Shown here piece by piece: positions 37,819-49,777 of a DNA stretch of 64,000 bases. The translations under genes and the position numbers were made by a program. Numbering within the stretch: the stretch's first letter is position 1; each line of letters opens with the position of its first letter. The notes beneath the pieces were generated by a model. It worked only from the letters and a program-made list of their open reading frames with translations, was not told the DNA's origin and made no database searches. Source of the DNA: Podarcis pityusensis (Eukaryota); NCBI GenBank assembly GCA_964106645.2, contig OZ067041.1. One strand, given 5' to 3'.

Positions 37819-40800
37819 AATATGTCCTTGTTTTGAAAATTGCTAACCAGCAAGAAGGAAGTGTTAACGGAGCATGTTAGCTAGATCTGGAACAAAACAG
37901 AAGCTCTCTTCAGACATTCAGCGAACATTTGAGGGCTTAAATTGTGGAGGGGCTGTGCACTCCCCACCCTCAATGTTCCTGTTTCTACCCCTGTCCTTTC
38001 CTACATTGATTGAAATGGTCTAGACTGGGATTCTTCCACTGTTTGGTTGAATACGTTTAGATTCCCCTCAGTCATTGAGATTGCGCAGGATTCCATATTG
38101 TAGGAAGGATTCTGAGTGGGTTCAGCTGAACTTGTGAAGAATTCCTCTTCAACTTTCCAGCTGCAACATGCAGAGTTTGGACCTAGAACCAGTGGGAACA
38201 GGGCCTTTAGGGACAGGTCCTTCACATGAAACCCCAGGCTGCCTCCTCAGTTTATACCCATATGTGTTCTTCAGCACCTGAGCAATACATGAGCAACAGG
38301 CTTAAAGGACACTTGATAGCCAAAAGGGGTGTAAGTGCTGCAACCTTGTATGTTCTAGTACAAAAAGTGAAATACTGTGGTGGAACCAAGATTAGTTACA
38401 CCACCACTGGAGATGGTGTGACTTCAAAAGGCAGAAAAGATTAGGAACCAGCATTAGAAATGTATAATTGTGTACAGTACTGCAAGAAACTGAAGCCAGG
38501 GCCTCTCAATATTTCCCTCATTCAGTTTTCATTCCGATCTGTAGGGATTATTATTTATTGATAATTTATACTCACTTAAAATATATAATTGTATTACACT
38601 TAAGTATTATACATTACACAGTAAAAAACCCACAACCCAACCCTAAACAGATCTGTTGCTTGCCAGCACTATGAAAACATTGACCCAAAGTGTGGCTCCT
38701 CATGGAGTTTCATATTTTTAAACAGGTTTACAACAAATCACAGAAGACATCTGTGAACACAGGTGACTTATAATTTGATCATGAATTTGCTGGGCATCAA
38801 AAGATAGTAAAGAAAGCACGAGACAGATATTGCTTAGGCGGGATACAAGGTACAGCTATAGAAAAGCTGCTCTCTATCTGTCTACCTAATGTCTGATTGT
38901 ATTTTCTGGTCCCAGGTAGCTTAAAACAGGGGTGGGGAATCTTTTCAGCCCAAGGGCTTCATTTCCTTCTGGCCAAACTTCAGAAGCCCACAAAAGTGGG
39001 CAGAGCAACTAACATCAATGTTACCTTTGTTCAACAGGCTAGTTTCTTGCTGGCTACGTAAGTGTTGGAGTCTCTTCTCACCCTTGAGTAGTTTGAATTC
39101 TCTATTTTGTTCCCCCGCAGCAGGATCTTCTGTCACTAAGCTTGAAGTTATAGGTGTCCTCCCCCCCCCTTTCTTTCTTGTGTATTTGTTACTTCACTTG
39201 CCTTAGATTAGATATCTGGGACATTTTGGCGCTGAATGCATTATAATAATACAGCAATTGGCATCTGCCCCACCATCACTGCCCCCATTCAGTATTGCAT
39301 GTAGCCAAAGGACTTATCAACATTTTGCTTTCTGCATCTGAGATCTGACTTGCACTGGACTCGTAAAGTCATAAAAGAACATTCTGCATTTCTACAGAAC
39401 TGCTGGCTAGAGTTAACTATGCAAGAATGCTTTAGGATTTTTTTCTCAACTCTTCTGGTTGGTTGCTAAAATATTATTTCCTATGGGCAATGTCGTCTCT
39501 CACTTCCCATTTGCATGTCTGACATCACGGAGATGCAATCTTCCAAGCTAATGGTGTATTGAATTGTCTCCACTCCTATGGCAGGTTTCCCAAAATAAAT
39601 GGGCGATGGAGAATGAGCTCTTTCGCTTTGGTGTTTCTGGAGGTCACAACTAGAGTTTGGTGCATGTTTGGCCAGTTGTTGTTGTTTTCTGCCTGGAAAC
39701 AGAGGATTTGGCATCAAGGGTTCCTGAATTTGGCACCTGCACTGCCATAATCCTGACAATAAGTACTGTTAGAACCAATAGAAACCTGTTTCAAAAGTCC
39801 AGTTGGTGCTGACTCATGAACGAACTGTATGAGGTCCAAGCAGCTTGTTTCATAACTTCCAACATTTCATTTTAAAAAATCAAGCCAGTGCTGCCAAATT
39901 TTTAAGGTTTCAAATCTCGCTCCAATTGGACAGAAAGTGTTTTTTTTTTTGTTTTTTTTCAAAAAAAGAAGATGCTGACATTTCCTAAAAACGCGGGTTC
40001 TTTCTGCGCCATACAGACTTTAAACCATTTGTCCTATGAGCCAGTACAGTTCGGCCTGAAATGTTTCACTGCTGTGAAAGCAGCTGCTCCTGCCTAGTTC
40101 AGAAGTCTGGAGTATATTTTTCACATTATGTTCTGCTAAACCATACTGATTATTTAAGAATGTGTTTTAAGAATATATTTATCTGAATGTAAGGATTTGT
40201 TAAATTTTCCTGTAATCTTCCACTAAAGCATTTTGTTTTTCTTGCCACGGTGTTCATTGGTAATAAATCTGGTGGGTTTTTTCCCTGGTAGCTTTTGTTG
40301 CATGTTTAAAAAAAAAATAATCCTTTTGCTCTTCTGACAACCAAATCCATAATAATCTACATGAAAATCAGCTCTCTGTTGTTTCAAACGAACTTGCTTA
40401 CTTACAATCAAGGTATAAAACAGGTGAGTTGTTACTAAATATACAAATAAGGCAAGGATAAGGTTTTATAAGGCCCAATAATTGCAACTGTGGCCCTTCT
40501 GGAGAGTAGTTTCACATGCTTGCAGAGTAGAGGTGTGAGCACAAAAATGTGCAAAGGAAAGTTACATTGAGCAGTATCCAACTAGCTCATTCCATTGGTG
40601 CAAGCATTTACCCTCTCTCCTCATCCCATTCCCTCCCCAAATCGCTGGAGGGTTTCGAGAACTGTAGGGGCGGCAACCATGGGGAAGTGGGAATCCTTTT
40701 GCTGATGGAATGTGTTATGCCACCCACCCAGATAGTTTTTACACTTGGATAGTCTATAGTGTGCATGGAAAGCGAGCTTGTACAAATTTGCAATGGTGTA

Positions 40801-41092
40801 TGGCTGCCCTGGTCAACCATATGAGATTGGTGATGCCACCTTGGTGGACTGTATTCCCCTATCTGCACAGCACTGAAACCAAACTGATGATTCCGGAAAC
40901 TCGAACTGGCTCGCTGGATCCTGGAGGTCAGGAGAAGCAACTTATTTCTCATGGAAATAGAATACTTGCTCCTCTTTCATTCCTCTGCCTCAGCCAACTA
41001 CTTATTAATTGGGAATAATATTTTTTAATGTGCCATACAAATTCCATACTAAATATACACACACGGCAAAAGATGTTGTATTTTGTTTATTG

Positions 41093-41399
41093 CAGGGGTC
41101 AGCAAACTTTTTCAGCAGGGGGCCGGTCCACTGTCCCTCAGACCTTGTAGGGGGCCGGACAATTTTTTTTTTTGGGGGGGGGGATGAACGGATTCCTATG
41201 CCCCACAAATAACCCAGAGGTGCATTTTAAATAAAAGCACACATTCTACTCATGTAAAAACACCAGGCAGGCCCCACAAATAACCCAGAGATGCATTTTA
41301 AATAAAAGGAGACATTCTACTCATGTTAAAAAATGCTGATTTCTGGAACGTCCGCAGGACGGACTGAGAAGGCCCCGGGCCTTAGTTTGCCTACCCATA
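41093..41399 (-). mobile_element. hAT (Charlie-like) MITE with internal tandem duplication
   Basis: CAGGGGTCAGCAAACT...AGTTTGCCTACCCATA; perfect TSD GTTTATTG. Confidence 0.9.
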
Positions 41400-42140
41400 G
41401 TTTATTGTATTGTATTGAAAGTCTCCTAGGGGTAAGTTGCACCTTCTACTGTACTTGTAATTTGCTAATCATGAACAAGGTGTTTCGTTGTCCCTGGGAA
41501 GAGTAGAGAGGGGAGTTAACTTCAGAGAGGCAGGTCTGCTGCCGGAGATTGTCCCTGGATGGCAGCAGAGCTTTCCAATACAATCACTCCTGTCTGTGCT
41601 CTGTTAGTAAGGGACGTACAGTGGTGCATTGGGCTGGATCAGGGAAGGTCTTGGATGCGTATGATCCAGAATATTCCCCTTCACTCAACATGCCCAAGAC
41701 AAGGTGTGTAGGGAGAAGCCACAGGAGCTCTGTAGCTGGGTTCATTATTTTCACTTCCATTAGAACCAATGGAAGGGTTTTGGGTTTTTTAATGATTTGA
41801 CAGAAATAAAAATAAAACAAGTTGCCACCCCTCACCTTCTGCCCTGGCTGGCACAAGCCTTTAAAAGGTCAGGATGTGACAGTTCTTCCACCATAAGCTC
41901 TCCCCTACACCTCCATATGATGGTTTTCTGAGGCTATAATTCAAGACGAAAGAAAATACTACATAAAACTGGCCATTTATTCCTGTCTTGTGCTTACAGT
42001 GTTTTAACTAGTTTCTTACTAATCTATAAGAATATCTGTCTTCATAATTGTTGAGGGGGTGAAAGAATATTTTGATATGGTACTTTGAATGGATGATGGA
42101 ATGAACGAACGAACGAACAGATAAATAAATAAATGTATAT

Positions 42141-42525
42141 TTATTCAAGATCCATCCCTATTTGCATGCTTGTTGACACACTGGACAAATCCCAGATAGT
42201 GACGAAAGATTTACCATTGTCAAAGCCGTACTGATACTTTATCAACAAGGCTTGTTCTTCGAAGTGTTTAAAAATTATGCCATTAACAATAGTTACCATC
42301 AGTTTATGCGGAACAGATATAAAGCTGACAGGTCTGTAATTTTCTACTAAAACATGCACCAATTATCTTTTAAAACAATAGTATTGTGTTGGCCACTATC
42401 CAGAGTCTTGCAAAAGGGCAGATTTTAGTGACAAGTTACATATTTTATTGGAATAGTCTTGCAATTTCACATTTGAGATCTGTAAGAACTTTTTGGTGAA
42501 TGCCATCTGGCCTGAGTGATTTGTA
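42141..42525 (-). mobile_element. CR1 reverse-transcriptase fragment (decayed)
   Basis: ORF 42141..42362 contains ENYRPVSFISVPHKL...QYGFDNGKS, matching the CR1 NYRPVSLTS..GK...QHGF..GKS motif. Confidence 0.85.
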
Positions 42526-43314
42526 TTTTTTTTTTTTTTTTTTTGTCAGTTAGTTTGAAGACTAATTCTTTTTTTAACTGTGTACTGTACCTTCTTTTGC
42601 TAAACTTCCTTGCATTCAACCAACAGACCAAGAAGCATATCTGAGGAGGGTTTCAGCTAGTGCCGTCTGTGATTTTTCTCATGTGTACTTTAATGTTTTT
42701 AGCCAGCTTCAGTATTGACAGGTTGAATATGGCAAAGGTTCTCAAATTTAAGGAGAAAATATTAGAATTCTTTTCTCAGACTAATAGGTAAGATCTTTTA
42801 CTCATTCTTCAACTTGTGTATTATAATTATCAGCTGATTGATTGCCTATTTATAGATTATGACAATGCAAACCTGAAGTTTTATTTTTAATTGGCAGCAG
42901 ATTTGATTACAGGTGTTAGTTAATACAACCTAGAAATGTAGGCATGCTGTAACTTTAATATGACTTTTGAGGTCTGCTCTGAGGACTTCGGACAAAAATG
43001 AGAGTATAAATCTAATAAAAAAAATTGAACCTCTTTTCCAATGTCTTGGAGAAGAGAGAAAATAACACCAGAAGGATACTTTTTATTAACTTTTTAATGC
43101 TCTGTAATAAGTTAACTATTCGATGTCTGATTTTAATTAGAATTACAAGCTTGAAAGCAATGATTATTTATAAGAAAAAAAGTGTGGTTTTTTGAGAATT
43201 TTGCATTTAGGTGGATGTTTCAAAAGAACATTTGTGTAGAAAAAGTAAGGATTGAGAATTTTACTAATTGTACAAAAAAAGAGGAGGCAGATTTCTTCTG
43301 TGGTTTCTCTTCAT

Positions 43315-43779
43315 TTTTTAAAAAATAATATTTATTAGTAGTTTTCAGAATTATAAGAAGAAAAACATTAAAAAAACATTAAAAAACAACACTATAATAG
43401 ACAAAAAGAAAAGAAAAAACACAAAAACCAATACAACAATACAACAAAAAGATAAAAAGAAAAAAGAAAACAACACAAATCCCAACTTACATATCTAAAA
43501 CTTCCATTTGCTTGTTTCATTGACTTCCTCACACCTCCCTTTTTGTATTCTAGTTTAATTAGTTATTTCAGCAAATTCTTTCCATCTTTCTCAATTTTTG
43601 TTAAAAAAATTCATCCTAACCTAATTTAATCTAATAATTAACAAATCCTTTCCATCTTTCCCCATATTCTATTATTCACATTACCTTAATTAATTTAACC
43701 TTATCTTACCCTAAAACACCTTAAAGCTAGAATCTTAGTTATCAAATATACATTACTCCTGATATCATTTCTGCTAAAG
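43315..43779 (-). mobile_element. 5'-truncated retroposed insert (L1-like 3' UTR) with 22-bp TSD
   Basis: Exact direct repeats TTCTTCTGTGGTTTCTCTTCAT at 43293-43314 and 43780-43801; the minus strand ends AATAAA..short A tail. Confidence 0.8.
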
Positions 43780-46395
43780 TTCTTCTGTGGTTTCTCTTCA
43801 TGAAGGAAAAGCAGGATCAATTTTAAAAAATGAAAACAATGGTGTTACAAATTGATGGATAGAAAAATGATATGTAAAAAAAAATATGAATTAGAATTCT
43901 CATTTTACAAAACAAAGAGCAATTTGTTGTAAATGAGGCAAAGTTTTAATCAATTTTACTGGTAGAGCTTTCATTGCAGATAAAAATTCACCCACTGATT
44001 GTCAGTAGGGCTGAGAGTGAAGGTCATATGGCTATGCAGCCTGCCAAATTTGAAGAAGAAACAACTTACATGGCTTTCACTTAAAAAGCTAGCAGATTTT
44101 TGCGTTTCTTTGTGGAACCTCTATGGCGTTCCTTCCAACAATAAAAACCACCAGCAAATGAAGTTGATGGCTCATTTCAAATCAACATCAGTATATTTTT
44201 TAAACCTTGATCTTCCACAGTAATGATGAGATTTGTACTTGTTCATTTTAAGCCATTTTTGTCTCTGGTGTGCTACTTAAATAGGGATTATCTGTTTTCC
44301 AATTCCCGTAGCAATGAAAAGGGGGGGGGGACCCTGGAATTGGTGTTAAATAGTTATGTATAAAAGTATGAACTATCACAAACTTTAAGGGGAACTTTCC
44401 CAGTTTTGAGATGTTGGAAATATATAACTGTAATAGGCAAGCAGTCAACAAATAATTAGCCCTAGCTTCTGTTAAAGAAATACTGACCCTTCTTAGATCG
44501 TTTTTGATTGGTTAGATCTTCCACATTCTTAAACAAGAAAGGGTCAGAGCAGCATTTGAAAATGGAGACCTGTTATCAGCTGAGCCAGAGAATGGAACAA
44601 GATAGATAACTGGATATGTCCGTGTTGATGCAACAGGAGTAGCTGCCCATAACAAATGAACTTACACTTCTACAGCAGTGTTTAACCAGGAATCTCAGAA
44701 TACTTTATGAGTATCAATCACTTTAGTCTTTTTCAATTTCTCTGCTAGATGGAAGGATATAATCTTACAAAAGGAAAAACCTGGGCATATTATATGGAAC
44801 CGATAGTTTACCAGACAGCAGTTCACTAAAGGATAGACAGGAATTGCACATCACAACACAGAAACTGTGACACGAAACTTTGCAGTCCTTTTTCATTTTG
44901 GGCATATGTATATTTCTCAGGCTTTACAGACCAATTCTAATTGGAAGCAAGTTCCATTCAGTTTGTTGAGATTTATTTACATCCAAGTAAGTTTGCTTGG
45001 GATTGCAGCCTCTTAATGACTTGCTAGAATGTTCAGTACTTTATTCTTTTAATAGAGTTCTGATTTTCTCCAGGCTGTTTTTCTGCTTGTAGTGTAAAAA
45101 ACAAAAACAAAAACCACGTTCAGTGTATTTAGCATAACTTTTCCAACCATCCTTTGAAGTTATTCATTTGGCTTTCCTACAATCATAATTGCCTACTGGA
45201 CTGCAGAGCAGGTTTTGAGACCTTTATGCCAAGAAGAGAATTCTACAGAGAGCTGGTCCAATCCTTCTTTTCCTGTTCTTTGATAACAAAGGATGGAAAG
45301 TCTGACTGGACTGTATGGAAGCCGATTGTGGCTATGCTTATTTTAATGAAAGAAAAGTAGCACTGTGCCTTCTTGCATTTAAGAGTATGGGGCCTAAATG
45401 TGCTGTTCTCCATTCACTAGGTAGATGTAGCTGTCGCTCATTTCAAAGAAAATAAGAGAACCAAAGAATTTTCTAGGCAACATACTGAGAGGTTTTCTTT
45501 GCTTGTCTGTGTTGAATTATCAATGGAGAATGACCATATGCAAGTAGTAATAGAGGGCATGCAAGGAATGGACTGGACAGGGAGATGTATCACTTAAGCA
45601 GCTACAACAGGCACTACTGATTAAAAACAACAACTGGAAGGAAAATGTTCACACGCATGCATGCACCCGCACCCACCCACACGTAGTGCTTATTTCTACA
45701 TTAGAGATAACTGACCCTCTCTACTCATTCCTACTCAAAATATCTGGGAGATGCAGCTCTCCCATTTACTATTATTATTAAAAATTTGTATACCACTCTA
45801 TACCTACATATCGCAGACCACTTCCAGCCATTACCTTATTTTTCATTAGGGACTGTGCCTGTTACTGGGCCTTCTTCAAATACCCATTTGAGACTAAACA
45901 GGAAGAAACAGTTATGGGTGTTCCCCACGTGTTCAAATGGACATGAATTGCTACCCTTGGATGTGTTGAATGCTGCAACCATTTTCAGGAATGACTTTTT
46001 GTTTGAAGGATTATGAAACACATTATATTTACTTAAACTTGCTTTTAATATGTATTCTCCTCTTTTTAGTAATTGTCAAGTTTGTAAAAGCTAGGATGAA
46101 AGTTGTTAAACATTCTCATTTTATTAGTTTCTGCAATGGATGCAGATGTTATAGGTGGACTGGTTGCTCACTGAATCTGATTTATGTTGTGTTCAGCAGT
46201 ATATCTTCTGGAAAGATAAAAAGCAATGGAATATTCTTCAGTGGTCGTTTATATTCCTTTTATTTTACTTTAGTTTGCATTTAAGATGCATCCATGTGAT
46301 TGTTCAGAATAGTGATGGATGTACAGCCAATGCATTTTTACACATTGCAGACAATTGCAAGATGTGACTTATTTAGACCAACCTATACAACATTG

Positions 46396-46789
46396 CAGTG
46401 GCGTAGCGTGGGGGGTGCAGGGGGGGCCGGCCACACCGGGTGCAACATCTGGGGGGCGCGTGCTCGCACTCGCAGCTCTCTGCCCCTACCTGGCTCACTC
46501 ACTCTCTCTCACTGCAGTGCTGGCTGTGCGAATCCGATCCGAGCCGCTGGGTCGCCGCCCACTGTGGAGGGGGTGGGTGCCAGGCGTGTGGTGCGGAGAG
46601 AGAGCGAGGGACTATCTGGGGGAGGGACAGTGCAGTGGCCGCCTAGCGCAGCGCTGAGTGCGGGAGAGAACCACACCAGACCAGACCAGGCAGCAGCAAG
46701 AAGAAGCTGGCAGCGGCGGCAGGTTAGGGGTTAGGGGGCGCAAATTACTTGCCTTGCCCCGGGTGCTGACAACCCATGCTACGCCGCTG
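46396..46789. mobile_element. GC-rich non-autonomous hAT element (Tip100-like ends)
   Basis: TIRs CAGTGGCGTAGCGTGGG / CCCATGCTACGCCGCTG (15/17); perfect TSD CAACATTG. Confidence 0.9.
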
Positions 46790-47685
46790 CAACATTGATT
46801 ATCTGAGTGTGAACCCAGGTCTCCTGGATCCAAATGCATCACCCAGTTTGAACAACAGTAGGTCTATATATTTAATCTATTGAACTATATTGGTGTGTAT
46901 ATGCATTATATCAGAAGGATATATTTAATTCTAACATCCAGTTTTAGCCATCACTTGAACTAAGTACACTGAACGTACAAAAGTATACATTGAATCATAT
47001 TTTGGGGAAAGAACTAGCTTGACTTTCATAGCTGCTATATATAATTGGAAAGTCAGTTGCCTAATTATGAGATTGGATGAAGGTCTCTCAAGGATTCCAG
47101 GAATTGGAAACTTCAAAAGCTGAGGCTGGGATCTAGCCCGATGAGCTACAGTAGACTATGTGCATTCAAACCTTGGATATCTTTTTTAGGCATAGAAGGG
47201 AACAAAGGTGTGCAGTATCAATCCACACATCTGGCATTTGTTGTTAAGCCTGCAGATTAGCCAGTCCTGGTATAAATACTGGTAGCCAGGCCTTTTCCAA
47301 CACTGCATTCTGCTTGCTACACTTTTGGCTTCTCCAATTTCAGTTCAGACCACTGATCTCAGGAGCCGTCAGCTGGATTGCACACCCTTCAGTTCTGGAT
47401 AGTGACTACTTGCACCCTGGCCTTATGCCAAGAAATAAAAAATAATTTGGAGGTGGTTTTCTTCAATGCTTGCTCAAAGCCATAGAACTGATGGTAGCTT
47501 CATAACCTAGATGTGATATGTGATATCCCTAAACTGTAACTTTGAGACATTTCTTCAAAAATATTGAAACTCAGTTAATTACTGAAAATTAAGTTTATTT
47601 TCTAATTTAAAAGGTAAATTCTCTTCATTCCTGTGGCTACATATTACAGTGGCAGCACTGGGCGGTATTTTGGAGAAATTTGTTG

Positions 47686-48037
47686 GGGACGCGGGTGGCG
47701 CTGTGGGTTAAACCACAGAACCTAGGACTTGCCAATCAGAAGGTCGGTGGTTCGAATCCCCGCGACGGGGTGATCTCCCGTTGCTCGGTCCCTGTTCCTA
47801 TCAACCTAGCAGTTTGAAAGCATGTCAAAGTGCAAGTAGATAAATAGGTACCGCTCCGGCAGGAAGGTAAACGACGTTTCTGTGCGCTGCTTTGGTTCGC
47901 CAGAAGCGGCTTAGTCCTGCTGGCCACATGACCCAGAATCTGTACGCTGGCTCCCTCGGCCCATAAAGCGAGATGAGCGCCGCAACCCCAGAGTCGGTCA
48001 CAACTGGACCTAATGATCAGGGGTCCCTTTACGTTTA
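47686..48037 (+). mobile_element. Full-length Sauria SINE (Squam1)
   Basis: GGGACGCGGGTGGCGCTGTGGGTTAAACC head, GGTTCGAATCCC B box, CCCTTTACGTTTA tail. Confidence 0.93.
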
Positions 48038-48314
48038 CTAATGTATGTGACTTGAATGCCAGCTTTTTCCATGGTATAATGTTGCTGCAAATCTTCAAAT
48101 CTGCAGCTTGCAAACATAAGACCCAAGTGTGTTAGAGCTGTTATTATAGCCCTTTTGTGTTGGAGGTGCTATTATGATCCAGATGCAGTCCAATTTTGAG
48201 ATCATACAAATCTGTGGAACTGAAAAATAAGTACGAGCCTTCTATTGATGTCTATAAAAATTCAGCTTTCAGCAGGGTAGCATGTCCTTAAGCCTTTTGA
48301 ATAGTATATGGAGA

Positions 48315-48315
<1 letters not shown>

Positions 48316-48354
<39 letters not shown>
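48316..48354. repeat. (ATT)n microsatellite
   Basis: Directly visible. Confidence 0.95.
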
Positions 48355-49636
48355 TATTAGAAGTATTATAGCCAAGTGGAAAAAGTAGAGTTTCTTTGAA
48401 TTGTGGGAGAACATATTCAGAGTGGCTTAGGGTTAAGGACACTTCAAATGCTAGAAGTTGGTACACAACAAGCTGTTACATTTTTTTCTTGTACTCTCTA
48501 ACACCAAAATAGTTGCTACATGTGCTTGTTGAGAGACTCATGGGTCCACTGTTTACATACAGTTAGAATATAAAGATACACCGTACCTGCAATTCTTGGG
48601 AGGTAAAAGAAGGCTCATTACATTACCTTGTTCATTACCATGTGATTATACGCACAGGGGTTAAGGGTGCATGGCATGGTTTGTGCAGAAAATCACCACA
48701 AGTTGCTGATTTTGAAGATGACTTCAGAAAGTGGACCACTAATAAATAATAATAATCTTGCTGAGATCATGATGTTGATATATAGTTTAGGTAGGGATAT
48801 TTGGTTTCCAGCTCACCTAATCCTTTCTATTGACTGGTACTGTTTTTCATTTCTGGACATCATTCAGACCACTGTTAATGCACAATTTTCAGTTCACATC
48901 TTCCCTTTCCTTTCAGGTTACTAGTATAAATATCCATAGTGGTCATTGGGGAGGGGCAGAAACAAGGCAAAAGCTGAAAGCTGGCAAATTGTGTAGAAGT
49001 CATTTAAGCAATCAGTTTCAGAATATTTCCAAGGAAGCCAAAAGGCAGACTGACCACATTGTGGGACAGAGCCAGCCCATGGAAAAATAATGGAATAGAT
49101 GACATCCTCTTACCCTCGTCATGTTCTTGAATGTCTGCAATATAAATCTAACAAGAATCCACTCTAGTTCCCCCTCTTTGCTTGAAGGGAAAGTTACATG
49201 TCATATCAAAATGTAATTTTGCTTGTAAATATGTATTTCGGGAGAGGGTTGCCTCTTTTTCTTGTTATCAACTGGTAAGATATTTATCCCTTAATCTGCC
49301 ATGTTCTTTCTCTGTCACTGTATGTGTGTGAGTGTGCTGCTTGTCTGTTTGCCAGATTTTTCTTTGTCTTTATCAATTTATCATGGCACTCATTTGTGAG
49401 AAAACAGGATATTGGCTGTGTTGCATTTTAAAAAATGCTTCTTTAAAAATGTGTGCCTTTTCCAGATTTTGGCGGCTTAAATTTGCACTCTTAGAGGTGT
49501 CAGGCTGTGTGTGTTGTTGTTGTTTTTTTAAAAAGCTTTTGCATCAGGAAGTGTCGGGATGATTTTTTTGTGTATGTTTGTCTGTCCATCTGTCTGCTGG
49601 TCTTTATTAAGCTGTGCAGCGAGACAGCAGGTTACT

Positions 49637-49777
49637 NNNNNNNNNNNNNNNNNNNNNNNNNNNNNNNNNNNNNNNNNNNNNNNNNNNNNNNNNNNNNNNN
49701 NNNNNNNNNNNNNNNNNNNNNNNNNNNNNNNNNNNNNNNNNNNNNNNNNNNNNNNNNNNNNNNNNNNNNNNNNNNNN
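49637..49777. other. Assembly gap, 141 N
   Basis: Run of N. Confidence 0.98.

Noticed and set aside
40370-40429. Consensus donor CAG|GTGAGT
   Set aside because: No convincing upstream acceptor; such 9-mers are expected by chance in 64 kb.
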